From assembly GCA_051530055.1 (NCBI GenBank), contig CM121341.1:13928784-13992783 (forward strand): a stretch of 64,000 nucleotides of DNA, read 5' to 3'. The translations under genes and the position numbers were made by a program. Of the stretch, positions 12,838 through 25,953 are shown piece after piece; the stretch's first letter is position 1, and the number at the start of each line of letters is the position of its first letter. The notes under the pieces were generated by a model. The model saw only the letters and a program-made list of their open reading frames with translations. It was not told where the DNA came from and made no database searches. The DNA comes from Neoechinorhynchus agilis (Eukaryota > Animalia > Acanthocephala).

Positions 12838-14174
12838 TTATTCTTTTTCGCTAATTAATCTTTGATTTCTTGCCTCTCTTAAAGCATCCATATTGCGCTT
12901 TAAGGCTTCGCTTACTTTTGCTCTCGGTCCAATGCAACAAAAATGAATACCGAGACGCAAAATTGTCTTATTCTGGTCAACGAGTTCACTAATTTCCATT
13001 TCACAGCGATTTCCAAGAATCTGTGCCCTCTGATTAGACATTCGAAGATCCTTAAGAGTCTGTTTCTCCAGAGTTGCACGAACGAGGTCAATCATCATTG
13101 AACTCGTAAATCGATTGGACTCGGCGTTTAGGGTAATGAGCGTCTCATTAACCTTAAGAATGTCGCAAAGTTTTTTACCTACACTATCAGCCAAGCCCAA
13201 GTTACAGAGGTGGAGCGATAGGACCGTTCTATTGGTCTTCATAAGTTCAAGCAGATCGTCTAATTTATCGGAGGGCAAATCCTTTATATTGTTTAAATTC
13301 ACGCTGCTTAACTCTTTGTCCAATTGCCTTAGTCGTTCGACTATTTCTTCAATATTTGTGTCGTTGTCTGGTTCCGGAGGAAAATACTGGAGTTCTTCAG
13401 CCTTGGTAGCAGCACTCCATCCTTCATTAAGATTGGCTGATTCTCCCTTCTGGGCTGCATAGTATTGCCTTTGATTAACCAGTCCAGTCAATCCAAGAAT
13501 CGCTTAAATGTTTTAAGTAAAGCGGTGCGCTTCATTAGGAACGGCACTGACCAGCAAGCTCGGCTATTTCGCCTTCATTGGCTCGTTTAAGTACTTCGTC
13601 CCATTCAGCCGTGGTAAGATCGAATTCCTCCTGCATCATTGAATCTGCATCTTCAAACACCTTTTCAGAAGTCGCAACACTAGGTTCAGGCTCTTTAGGT
13701 TTCCATACAGTCCCTGCACGAACCAATAGCTCATATAAACATTATCTACAAAAGTCGCGATCAAACCTCTTGTTTCTTTTACGAACGGCTTGACTTCTTC
13801 CCAATCTTTTTCTTCTTTTGCTTTTTCTTCTAAGAAATTAATCAAATGTAATCGATCGAATGGCCCGGTAGGTTCTTTATTTGTTTGGTTTTTTACTCGC
13901 TCAGACGCCGGAAGGTAAGTATCCTTTTCAACGAGGACCATAAAATTAATTTATATCACGAAAAAACTCAACTTACGTCTGGATCAACCTCATCATTTAT
14001 CGCTTGGAGTTCCTCAGGTGTCAATTGTGCCAAGAGAGCATCAAACTCTTCCTCCGTGATAATATCTTCAAATGTTTTCATATTTTCCCTAGGTTGAGGG
14101 TGGTTAATTACGTTCCCTTCTTTTCGTGACCGATTTGTAGCCCTGCCCGGGCGCTGTTTTTCAACCGATGCCAT
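12838..14174 (-). CDS. TMOD: Tropomodulin, multi-exon
   Basis: LLAQLTPEEL..DPD, LPASER..QTNKEPTGPFDR..L..FLE, PPEPDNDTNIEE, VNLNNIK, LRMSNQRAQILGNRCEMEI, LLR/ILRLG-type C-terminal LRR cap. Confidence 0.93.
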
Positions 14175-15409
14175 CTTGTACGTCCGAGTCTGAAAAAGTT
14201 TTGGAGTTTGTCGATAATTTTCTAGTCATAACGGAACTGGAGAACAGGGCACAGGTCACAGTGGATGCTATTCTATGTATCACAATCATGTGAATACTGT
14301 TCTTATTTTGCCTGTATAGAGGCGCTTTTGTAAGTGCAACAGATTACCCAAATGCTCAGTACCGATGGAAATTATATATTCCTACAAAAGATGTTCTCTA
14401 AATGTTTAAAAGTGCTTCCTTTGATGGCAAAGTGCATATTGTGAACAGGGTGCATTTCAATTAAATTAACGCAAAAACTAATTTTGCTGATCGATCATTT
14501 GGTTTCTACTGCAATCACCCTGGTAATAATCTTGTACTTTAGATGCAATCGACAAAAATGCTTGGTTTGATTCCAAGCTGACTTTCACAAGATATTATTT
14601 TTGGTTTTCTAAATAAAACACAAGGGGAGGGTGCAATCTATCTATTTGGTCAGCTCACCTTATATCGAGTGACCTTGAACCAAACGGCGTGAACCTCGGC
14701 ATCTTCATTAGGATCAAAGAACATCTAAAGAATTTATTTGATGGTTTCATCGACTACATTGCTCGGTATTCAAAAACACGGTCAATCCACAATGCCGCAA
14801 AGTTCGTTAATCCATATTACGTTTATTATCGATTGCTTTCCGAGCAAAAAATCGTTTCGTAATAACAAAAAAGGCGGAAAGGGAGTAAGCCTCAGAGGAA
14901 AAGGCATTGATGAAAATGGTACACCTGTGTATATTGATCGTTTTTAATTATAAGCGGCAAATTCAAAATGAACTTTCAATTCAATGATATTCACCTTTTA
15001 TCCGTTTTTCTAAATGCCTTCACTTAATTGATTATGAAAACGTCGTCACGTTTCCGTTGGTCCTCAAAAGATCTTATGCAACTTACGGAAAAGGGGTCAT
15101 TACCTCTCCGTGACCTAAAATCGCATCGTTTGCACTTCGAACCCACAATTTAAAATGAGACAAAAATTTTGTGTGTGTACATAAACGTATGATGATTCAG
15201 TCTTCAGTAGTGTGGGCAAAATGACTTCAGTAATGATGGTAGTGCCCTTCTCGGTGTCTTCGAAAAGCCGTATTCTTACTCAACCGAGAATTGCCACCGC
15301 CTATATCCTGTTTGCCTAAAGCAACAGCAATACACGAGACGTACAACGCAACTGCCGGGATCAGTATGTAGAGCGTAGAAAAGAGAGGAAACACGTTTGG
15401 TTGTCGAGA

Positions 15410-18400
15410 ATGGCATCAAACACCAACCCTGACGTGATCGCTTCGATAGCTGAAGAATTTGAGAAACCCAATATTGCATTATACAAACGAATTGAGAGGA
15501 ATGTAATGAACAAAATGATAGACCCAGCCATCGGCGTTTCGATTAAAACCGTAAAATATTTTGTATCGTCAATACCGAGTGTGTTCATCGGCTCAGACCT
15601 TATCCAATGGATTATGAAAAACGTTGACGTAGATGATACCGGTAAGCAGCAAGTTCATTTCTTTTTTAATTTTGCCCGTTCAACAAATTCGAAAACAGCT
15701 GAAGCTATGCACCTGGGCCATATACTCGCATCCCATGGATATATGTTCTGTATTGATGATCACGTCTTGACCGTCAAGAACGATGCAACCTTCTACCGCT
15801 TTCAGGTTTGTTGTACATTCACTTTCATGGCAAATCAGCTCTTTTTAGACACCATTTCTTTGGCCTTCCACACGACCCGAGCCAGAAACAGTCGAATACG
15901 GTCAGTTTGATTATCGGCAAATTCACCTAGTTTAGTACTCGTTTTTCTTTTTTGTTTACGAATTCCGGTTAAAACAGAAACGACCTATTTATCGACTATA
16001 CAACTTGTAAGCGATCGGAATTGCGAGAGGAACGAAAAATTAGCAGTACCATGGCACCGAAACCGTTATTTAATGTTTCGTTTTGACAGAAACGGCCATT
16101 TTTTAATCGTAGTTCTTCGGAGAATTTCCAAAACCAAAAATCATTGAGTCGAAAGGGTCACTCTCGAGATTTAAGAAAGCGAAGTGGCAAAATGTCGATA
16201 TGTGAATTATCGGGGTATATGATTAAAAGTGTTATTTAAATTTTCGCTAAGTAAATAATTTTTTATCGAAGACGTTTCGAAGCTCCTCGGGTTAGTATTT
16301 TAATAAGTAATAAACTGACGAAGAACCCGACGATGTTTGAGACGTCTTGGATAAAAAATTCACACTTTGGGATGACAAAATTTCTCAAGTTAATTAAAAG
16401 GTTACGCGATATTCCGATTGAACTAGTCTGTTAGGTTTTAAGATTAATTTTGATAGTAACTATATTTCAATCAAAACTTTGAAGCAGATAACTGTTTTTT
16501 AGCAGTATATTTGTGCAAGCGAGTTATGCAAAACAAAAGTCGACTTGAGTTGGCTGACTACGAAGCGGAGAATTTGGCAAGATTACAGAAGCAAATGACT
16601 TTAGCAAGAAAATGGGAGCTGGTATACACAGAAGCTGAGGTTCACATGAAGTGAGTTTTCTCATACGCACGACACTTGATTTTAATCGATACTGGCGATG
16701 ATTCAAGATTAGACAAGAAGAGGGACAAGGCTGAACGAATAGTTTTGGAGAGTCAAGAGAGGGCATATTGGGACGTATTCAATCCTCCAGTAATATTTGT
16801 CAAGAACATAAAATATAATTCAAAGTAGCCTTCATGCACTAGGACGTTCGAGATTGAGATTCAGAAATCGATGAGAACTCTTATTCGAGGTCTTATAAGC
16901 GATAGGACAAGTCAAGTTAAATTACGAGAAATGATTGAACGCGTTAAGAGTGAGGTTAGTGAGTACGTTTAATTCCTCAAATAACACAAGCGCTAAGCGT
17001 GTTCAGATTGAGTTTGTTCAACGTAAAATAGTCACTGGTGTACAAAAAGTATCAGCGGTTGCCGAATCGTGAGTTTGTTCATGACTAGGCCAGAAAGACA
17101 AAAAGTTCTCGCATATAGACATGTAGCTCGGGCTGAAGTTATGGCACCGTATGATCCGCTCGTATATCCGTCGTCTTCAACAGTGAATCCTTGGATCAAA
17201 GACCACGCTGATTTGTGGGAGATTGAGAAGTATTATAATACAGCAACGCATTGTGTGCACTCATAAGTTAGTTCTCGTATCTAAGGATATAAGTAGTTTG
17301 TTCTTAAGGGGCGACCTATTAGTTACGGGTGAATCAAACATTCAAGGAAATGTAAAAAAGCAGAAATCAGAACTTGCATTGAAAATATATTCAACTGAAA
17401 TTTTTATTTAAATTATTGATAATTTTTTTGTATCTTCAATCATTCAAAAAGGGCAATCTTTGAGTGGCTTTCTCGGTCGCGAAGAAGTTTGACTATAAAA
17501 GGTAAGAACGACGTTCACACAGCTCCAAATCTTTTATAACTAAATAATGATCCTCGAGATACGGGACTAACTATTTTCTCGAATTAATAATACTAATTTA
17601 AAGTTCCGCAACATTAAGCAAGATACCGCCAATACCAAATCGAGTTAAACGATGGTCGATATCTATATTTGAACTTCTGAAGGATTCACTTGGACGAGAA
17701 TATTTTAACCGTTATCTCAACAAAGAATTCAGCGGCGAGAATTTAAAGTAAATTTCCACAATTCGGCCACTTATTAACACCATCTTTCCTTAAGATTTCT
17801 TGAAGCTTGCCTGAAACTTAGATCTGCCCCACTTAAGGACGTAAAATTAATTGTGGATGATGTTTACAGGTAAGTTAAATTATTTTCCGATAAAATAATC
17901 CATTTTTGCTTTGCTTAGCCAATTTTTCGATCCATCAGCGCCAAATCCGGTCAACGTGGACAGTAAAATAATGACGACCACTACGTTATCTGTGAAGGAA
18001 AACCCTAACCGACATTGTTTTGATGAGGCTTTGGTGAGTGCTTAATTGACCCATTTACCATTATCTGATTTTTTCTTTAAGAATCACATATTCAATCTAA
18101 TGACGCGAGATAGTTACATTCGATTTATCCGCTCGGACGACTATAAATCTTTGTTGAACCCATCGAGTTCTTTAACTGCAAAATCACACAAGGTGAGTTC
18201 GTCGGTCGTGGTTGAAGGGTAGAATTTCATCCGATTTTCGGTATTCAAATCGAACGAAATGGGTGTTGGTACGGACCACATGTACACACAATCGTCAACT
18301 AAGTTACTGTTGGTAACTGAGAGTTCGATGGTGTTGTAATACCCTCCATGTCTTCGCTAACAGTCTGCGAGAATGTTCATTGTTAGTTGCCATTAACCTC

Positions 18401-18960
18401 CTAACACATATGTTCGACGTGATATTGCATTTGAACGTTGTGGTTCAATCGGCGGTGATCAACGACTAGCCGAAAAACCGTTTTTATTCTATCTAATTAG
18501 CAACAGAATCGAATTTACGGGATATTTATTGGCTTAAACGTCCATCGTCGCAATTTTACCTTGTTTACTCTTGTGTTTAAATTTGATTGAATCGTAAATT
18601 AACTGTAGTAAGGATATCTCCGAAAACTAAGTAAATGGAGTTGGAAACTGTGTTACGACCCCGACGTTGATTAGCAAAAACAACATAGTTTTTAATATAA
18701 TCAAACTTCACTTCTTTTTTACGTGAAACGGTCTATTCGGCGATTTGACCATCGATACCATTGAACATATTGAATTCCTTAATATCAGCATGTCGCCTTA
18801 ACCTCTTTTTGTCATTTAGGGCGGTGCAATGTTCACAACAATCGTCGCAGTTGCTAAGTTGAAGAGAGCGGTGTTAAGGGACCGACCAAATATCCTTGAT
18901 AAACCCCCAAGTCCTCAGAATGATCATGAAAATAATGCGCAGCAACCAACAAATAATTGA
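15410..18960 (+). CDS. RGS7: R7-family RGS protein (DEP-DHEX-GGL-RGS), multi-exon
   Basis: [30 protein letters not shown]|[64 protein letters not shown]|[14 protein letters not shown]; terminal exon 18820-18960 inferred by phase; RGS6 vs RGS7 not separable. Confidence 0.9.
16257..16360. mobile_element. Old inverted pLTR/hammerhead relic (family C) inside an RGS7 intron
   Basis: 37-bp inverted arms 16257-16293/16324-16360 (6 mismatches); + arm CTGACGA-A-GAAC-8nt-GTTT-GAGA-CGTC; - arm retains TTC-GAAA-CGTC. Confidence 0.55.
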
Positions 18961-19594
18961 AAATATGGAGCCCATAAGCGTCCAAACTCAGATCAGGATG
19001 TTGTCTTATGTTTAGCTAGGTAGCATTGGACCAGCACTAAACGCCCCAATGTCAGGAGGAATGTCTTTGGCCGGGCAGATGTCACCACTGGCGATGGGCG
19101 TCTTAACGAGCGGTGCCAGCTATCCATTAAATAGTCATACTATCCATTGACGGCGTCGATTAGGCCTTTGGAGGAGAGATATATAATAAAATAATTTGTT
19201 TCGGGCACGTGAGGACCGTGGGTGAGAGATTTAATGCGAGCTCAGTCACTGATCTCAAATTGCACTAGCACTTAAAATCAACAGAAGAAATTGACGATGC
19301 AAGTAGTCCATATACCGAATTCTGTATAGTAAATCGTTTAGAAGGCGGGTTATTCTCAAGAAATAGATTATCAAAGGTCTTCATTTTCCCACATGAAGAC
19401 AGTGCTAGAATTTAAGTTTTTTAGTTCTGCTTATCCCAGCAATTATGATCCAATCAATATCTCCTTAATTTCACCCAATACCCCGGTCTAGCATGTGCTT
19501 TATAACAATCTTGGATTCTGTAAAGACATTATTCATTGATATATTTTTTGTTTGGTGATAAGAAACGGAGATCAATTTATTGATTCACTTTCAC

Positions 19595-19626
19595 AATATT
19601 TCATCCTTCTCGTCGGACTTCTTCAG
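19595..19626 (-). ncRNA. Hammerhead motif (family D), core intact
   Basis: CTGAAGA-A-GTCC-GACGAGAA-GGAT-GAAA-TAT-T; palindromic ATAT stem III; pLTR-like flanks. Confidence 0.6.
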
Positions 19627-19869
19627 GTCTAAAAGGTAGATTAGGGTGGCTTTATTTTTTGCCAATATTAGCGTTTTTACAGTCGACGCTATTCAATTTT
19701 TGTGTCGTTCCTTTTGATTGAGATTTCTATTAATCGCTATAAGATCCGACATTCCCGAGGAAACTGATATTTTCCGTATTAGTAATAACAAACACTACTA
19801 CTAGACCAATATCTTCCAACGCAAAATATATTGCTTATATCTTTTACGGCGATATTTCCAGCAATAAAA

Positions 19870-20073
19870 ATGTTTAGAGAGTCTAATCAAGCATGTGAAC
19901 AAAAGTCTGTTCAGGGAGAGGAGTCGATTGCTGATGAGATGCAAAATATCATCACCAATAAAGTAGAACCATCACCACGATTCGATGCGTATTCGAATTG
20001 TATTGACGATCAAAGTTATCGCCATTGTGTGGACGGCGACCAGAAATCTCAGAATCCGTATTTGGACATTTGA
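19870..20073 (+). pseudogene. Truncated copy of acidic orphan ORF
   Basis: Near-identical to ORF 32803-33117 (-) but with a premature TGA; the duplicated arm ends at 20116. Confidence 0.35.
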
Positions 20074-20306
20074 GAGGATTCTAGCCAAAGGACAGATTCT
20101 ATTGGCGAAGACGATTTCGTCGTTGAGTAATCCAAATCGGTAGCTGGTAATTTTAAATTTATCTGTATATTCTGAGGCGAACTGCTACAATATTTTAACC
20201 ACGAATTGGAAGTGTACTTGAACTCAAAAATAGAATATTTTCGACTTGGATTCCAGGAGTATATAAGCTGCGCTTAACACTTGAAGATCGTCTATTCACG
20301 TTGATT

Positions 20307-20700
20307 GACCGTTTCACGTAAAAAAAGAAGTGAAGTTTGATTATATTAAAAACTATGTTGTTTTTGCTAATCAACATTGGGGTCATAACACATTTTCCAA
20401 TCCCATTTACTTCATTTTCGGAGATATCCTTACTACAGTTATTTATTATTCAATCAAATTTAAATGCAAGAGTAAACCAGTTAAAATTGCGACGAGAGAC
20501 GTTTAGGTCAATAAATATCAATTAAATTCGATTCTGCAGTTAATTATTAACACCCACTTTTATTGCTTAAAAACAATAATATTATCTAATAAGACGTAAC
20601 GTACAATCCCCACCGTCCGCAAAATTGGAGCTTCTCTCGTTGCTATAGAGATAGAGATAGCAAGAATAATAGCGGTTTTTCGGCTAGTCGTTGATCACCA
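20307..20700 (-). repeat. Third, more diverged copy of the segment in the RGS7 last intron (18450-18735; also 34228-34510)
   Basis: Direct alignment by eye; carries a ~110-bp insertion at ~20560-20665. Confidence 0.75.
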
Positions 20701-21029
20701 CAGATTAATAGACAACGTAACATTTCGGATCGAATCTTATTAGTTGCACCGAGGGTTTGACCGAGAGTGGAGGAAATGAATGTGGCGCATTATACGGATG
20801 GGTTACTTCGTGTTTATCCATGAAGTAATAAAGCGACTGGTGTCTTTTAGATCATCTAAAACAGTTGGCGTCGAACCTCAAAAAAATTTTACTATTAAAT
20901 TTTCTTGTAATTTATCTGATCGCTTTTTAACAATTCGATAAATTAATAAAAGTGTGATTTACTATGAAACTTTTCAGCGTTGTTCTAAACGCTACCTTAA
21001 TTTGTTTTCAGAGCGACAGCAATGATCGA

Positions 21030-21300
21030 ATATCCGGAACAGCACCACCGACGAGATCGACGCCACCACCACAGACCACAATATGAAGAAACGTCAATGT
21101 GATCGTTTCAACTTCATCAGCAAAGGGTACCATACTGCCGAGATTCTCACCAGGTTCTGTGAGGTTTGTGATGGGATTTTCTCAATGACGAAAACAGGAC
21201 TTCTTGGGGTCCATGGACCCCGTAATTCACTCCGCGGAGTTTCCGGTCCACCACCTAAGTCCATTGATGGTGTGCGCCCACCTTCCGCGGTTTCCATCTG
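21030..21300 (+). mobile_element. CRE-like retrotransposon 5' fragment (Zn-finger region)
   Basis: CEVCDG..TKTGLLGVHGPR..GVSG; ~45-bp direct repeat with the start of the 21853 copy. Confidence 0.5.
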
Positions 21301-21735
21301 ACTTGATTCAGATAATGCATTTCGCTATCTTGTTTATTGTCGAACTCGAGGAGTGTATTGTTCCCCCATTACTTCGACTATATTCTCATACGTAATCGAT
21401 TCAAATTGTCGCGCTGCAGTCACCTTCGTCAGCAACGTGAACGAAGCCGCTCCCATCCATGCCAATATGCACGATCGCTTTCGTTCTACCTTTTCGACAC
21501 CATTTACCGAGAAATGCTCTTTTAGTTGATCCACGTACTCTTCCCATGATTGTTTTTCTCGATCGAATTCCTTGAATGATGGTACCGCTAATTACGATTT
21601 ATCATTCACCTTTCGGTCTTCCAATAATCGATTGATCATCTCCATCTGCATCTTGACCAATTCGATCAAATCCTTGCCCTTTGAACCCTCGTCGCCAATT
21701 GTTACTTTCTTGTCTTCGGGTGCGGGTGACTCCAT
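21301..21735 (-). mobile_element. Ty3/Gypsy-type gag N-terminal fragment with in-frame stops
   Basis: EFDREKQSWEEYVDQLKEHFSVNG..KRSCILAWMG..FTLL..YENIVEVM..QYTP. Confidence 0.65.
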
Positions 21736-21852
21736 GACACTTTTCTATTATTCTTTACCGGAACAACAACTCACACCACAACACACAACCTACGCGCGAA
21801 CACGCAAATCAATACTGACGTTGTTGACGTCAACTTCAACGCTAACAACAAC

Positions 21853-23530
21853 GTCAATGTGATTTTTTCAACTTCATCAGCAAAGGGGACCATGCTGCAC
21901 AGAAGCGATTGTTCATTCACTCCGCACGTTCACCACCGGAAATTCGGAGCCGTACGTGACCTTGAATTGTGATTTCAAAAATGCAATCGTTAATGCCCAT
22001 GGGACTCCAACACCCTTGTCGTGCAATAACCACGTTTTGTTGTCAGAAAGAGCAGTTCGACAAGGGGTTCCTTTGGGTCCAATAGCCTTCTCACTCGCAG
22101 TCAATCCCGTCGCGCACTGTCTCCAGTCCAGCTTTAACGGCTGGTACTTGAACGATGCCACGCCCGCAAGTAACCCCTCTTGTACTGCGCGATTTGGAGA
22201 CACTCGTGAAGGAGACGGCGAAAATTGACATTAAATTGAATGCTGCGAAATGCGAGATTTCAGATATGAACGCTGAAGATGAAGCGTCCAGGCAAACTAT
22301 CGTGAAAGATTTTCAGAAGCTAGCTGCCGAAATAGAATTGATCACTCTAAACCGATTGAGTTTTCTAGGAAGCTGCATTTTTGGTTCTAATGTTGAAGCA
22401 GAGATTGCCAATCTTCAACCGCAACTTTCGGTGCTGTTCGAACGCGTTGATGAATTATCTTCACACGAGACTGTTCCTGATCACGAACATCCTCTTCGTT
22501 CCAAAACTGCTGTATAAGCTGCGCACAGCACCTTTTTTTAGACATGGGCATAAGCTGGCAAAATTAAACGAGACGGTGAATGCCTCTCTCGATAAAATTT
22601 TAAATACTCAGCTGTCGGATGAGGCTTGGCGTCAAGCGTGCTTGCCTGTGTCGTCCGGTGGTTTGGGTATTCGAAACGCAGCCGATATTTCTCTGCCAGC
22701 TTATTTGGGATCGTATGAAGCAAGCCGCAAAATAGTTCAATCCTTTCTTGGCGAAAATTACACTTTTGATGGAGATTTCGTGGAGGCTCTTAATCTTTGG
22801 TGTGGAAATTCAGGCAGCGAGCGGGTTCCCGTCAATGATTGCAAACAATCAGTTTGGGACTCACCCCTGGTTGCGAGAATTCATAACTCTTTAATTTCAG
22901 ATCCTCGTGACCCGGTGAACCAAAGTCGATTGGCGGCAGTCTCTACAAGAGAATCGGGTGCTTGGCTCAACGTTATCCAATCGCCTCTGTGGGTACCCTT
23001 CTCTCCGACGAAGCAGTAAGGATTGCAGTGTCCCTGAGACTTGGGGTACCGATGTGCACATCCCATCGCTGTCGTTGCGGGGGACCGTGGAACCATCGGG
23101 ACGCCATGGTCTCGTCTTTCGGCAATCAGGCGGGAGGACACGCCGAAATGAACGCAATTCTTAACCGTGCCCTGAATACTGTGAATGCGCACAACATCCT
23201 ATAGCCGATCAATCTTTGCCGACTCGATGGCCGTAGACCGCACGGTGTCACAGTATTCCCGTGGCAAGAAGGAAAATGCCCTCTCCGGGACGCCACGTTC
23301 GTGGACACGCTCGCAGCCAGTAACATAAAATTCGCCGCTGTTAAACCAGAGGAAGCAGCAACCGCCGCCGAAGAACGCAAAAAGATGAAATACAGGGACC
23401 TGAGTCGAAATCATTATTTTGTTCCCTTTGGCATCGAGACTCGGATCGTTTGGTACCGGGGCGCAGGACCTGGTCAAGCAATTGTCTAAGAGATTGAGGT
23501 GAATCACTGGCGATCTGAGGGCAGGAGTAT
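21853..23530 (+). mobile_element. Decayed CRE-clade non-LTR retrotransposon (RT + restriction-like endonuclease)
   Basis: VRQGVPLGPIAFSLAV, GWYLND, WRQACLPVSSGGLGIR, SGAWLN, SLRLG..HRCRCG, RPHG..PWQEGK..DATFVDTLAAS, EERKKMKY..L..FVPFGIET. Confidence 0.88.
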
Positions 23531-24829
23531 TCCTCGCTAGATTTTTTAGCTAATTTTACGTTTCACTCTATTATCGTTTCAGTAGAGATTTTCAGAGACT
23601 TTATTGGGCGTAAAAATTGACCATTATTATCGTTTTTGAGTGCTTTGCTGAATTCGTAACAACTTTCAAGATAAGGTTTGTATTGACGAGATCATCGTTA
23701 GAATATAGGCAAAGAGGTTTTCCTGTTTGAGTTAAACTATGACCCATTTTTAAAGTTCATCCAAGGAGGATCGATTTTCGCTAGCAAACTATCACTGCGA
23801 AAACAGCTTCTTAACTTTCTCTCTTATATCGAAACAGTTTACAGTAAGTTTCGGCTTCCGACCAAAGCCTAATGACGAGTAAAATGTCCTCGCGGACGCG
23901 TCAGAGTGCACCTTAAAGGAGAAAATTTTTGATTCCGTCAATGTTGATTTATTAACATTTGGCTGCCTGAGCGATGAGCGGAGTTCTGCTGATGCAGTGT
24001 TGCTACGTTTATCGATTCCGTTGAACAAGAAAATTGGAAAATTTGTCGAGCTCGCATTTCACTTTAATGTTAACATTTTTCAGCTCAAGGTGTGTGAACG
24101 TCTTCTTTTGGCATTCGCTGAGCGTAGAACAAGTTTTTATATTTCTTGTTATTAACGTATAAAGTCCACTGTTATTTAAACTATTTCTTCAATCCCTTTT
24201 TTAAAGAGTTATATTTCTTGTGTAAGAATGAATAATGGTGTTTCTCGTGGTTTTACAATAATAAAGCACAAAACGTTTAATCACCACCGTAAGCAAAATC
24301 TTAGCTTCTCTCCTTCCTCGGTTGTCGCCATCGCGCTAGCAGCATTGCTTCGTTGTACTGCGAGCGAAATTTTGTCCTTAATGTAAATGTAGGTCATCAA
24401 TATTTTACTGAGGATCGCTAATGTGGATAAAAGCTTAATAGGCCCATTAACCTGTATACAACCTCAATAAGTCGTAATGGCTACATTGAAACCAAATTTC
24501 ATTTTTATTCTTGTTTTTTGCCAAATGATGTAGTTATTTTTATAATCGATTATCAGGCATTGCTGGCTTTATTTGATGAGTTTATTAATTAAATAAATTG
24601 TTTAAATGATATGTAAATTCATTTGAATTTGTCAACTGAAGATTGACCGGTAAATCCCTCGTAACCCTAAAAGATTATTTTGCATGCTTTTAGTGATTTC
24701 AGAATAATCTGAATCAATGTTTTGGAATCATTCACAAACTATTGATCATGAAAATCTGACATTTGTGCAATAAATAAAGTGTCGATTATGAAATTGCATA
24801 CAAGTTGGAAAATCGTTTTATTATCAACA

Positions 24830-25660
24830 CAAGTTACCTTCGTTGAGGGCATCGGGCATACCTAGCAAATGTTGATATTTAACACCATTGAAATTTAAAC
24901 AACGGTGTACCTCAACTATTAAATATTGGTTTAATGATTGAGTTTTATTCGACTGCAAATATTCGCGTTGCATCGTCTTGACAAAGAACTGAATATCTGC
25001 CACCAAAATATAAAATGGCAATGGAAGAGGAGGAAAATAATGATTTACTTTTTTTTGGACGTACGAGTAACACGCATTCCGAGCAATGGCTTCATGACAT
25101 CGGTTTATAGGAAGCAAGGTGTTCCACATATGGTGGTCCCATGGATCTCTGATCAACCGATCAAATACAAATTGGCAAGAGTCAAATCGATGTTCATCAG
25201 AGTATTTCGGTGTTGTTCGGATGATGTACTACTCAAATATGAACTGGATTGGATCTACAACAAACTAAAAGTGAGTGTATACCCAAGGAGGTACATTGAG
25301 AAATGCATAAAGACGGCTCGATATGTTCCTCTGATGAGAACAGTCAATCAGGAGGAAAAGAAGCAATTTATCGAGACACTATTCATCGGTAATAATTGGT
25401 GAGATCAACTTTGATGGTGTCGAGATTTTTGTGAGGAGTGACGTAAGACGCGACAGAGTGACTATGGAAGCCATCATGATCCAGCAAACAGGTACTTTTG
25501 TTAGCAACAAAGCTGATTACAAACTCAGTCTGCGAGTCCCACCGGATAAACTATTTGACAATGCTTCTTTTAAATTGTAGATTGACTGAAGAAGGCCAAC
25601 GAAAAGGCCGAAAATTTTCAAGATAAATCTATTTTTGGATTAAATATCGCTAATTGAAAC
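24830..25660 (+). mobile_element. Penelope-like element remnant, family A: RT C-terminus, end of GIY-YIG, pLTR with hammerhead (25586-25619)
   Basis: LN..HQNIK..FLDVRV..SVYRK..H..CCSD..EL..YP (PLE RT thumb); R..EAIMI tail; same 34-nt HHR core as the family-A minis. Confidence 0.82.
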
Positions 25661-25953
25661 TGAAACTTTCGATATCTGTAGAAATTTATCATCCAGAACT
25701 CAGTTGATAGCCTATCAATGAGTTTCTCACGAAAAGCCATACAATGTTGCATTTCAATTATTTTAAAGTGTATTGTACCTTCATCTCCTCCCAATAACTG
25801 CATATTTGTCGCTGCGATGAAAACAGTTATTTGTTTCAGGCGCACCACCAGACGACTTCTTAAATATTGGGATTTGAAATCAAGATTTGGTTTTCAGAGA
25901 GCACTTTAACCAGCTAGACTAGAAGATCAAACAAATACAGCGAACGATAATAT

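Larger units (their letters stand above)
17290..20116 (+). repeat. Arm 1 of a ~2.8-kb inverted segmental duplication
   Basis: Reverse complement of 32871-35954; shared RGS7 3' exons and orphan ORF. Confidence 0.9.

Noticed and set aside
21085-21125. Minus-strand CTGATGA-AGTT-GAAAC as a hammerhead (related site at 21873)
   Set aside because: No room for stem II; it lies within the CRE 5' region.
24418-24446. CTGAGGA..TAAAAGCTT as another HHR relic
   Set aside because: Stem II and GAAA too degenerate to distinguish from chance.
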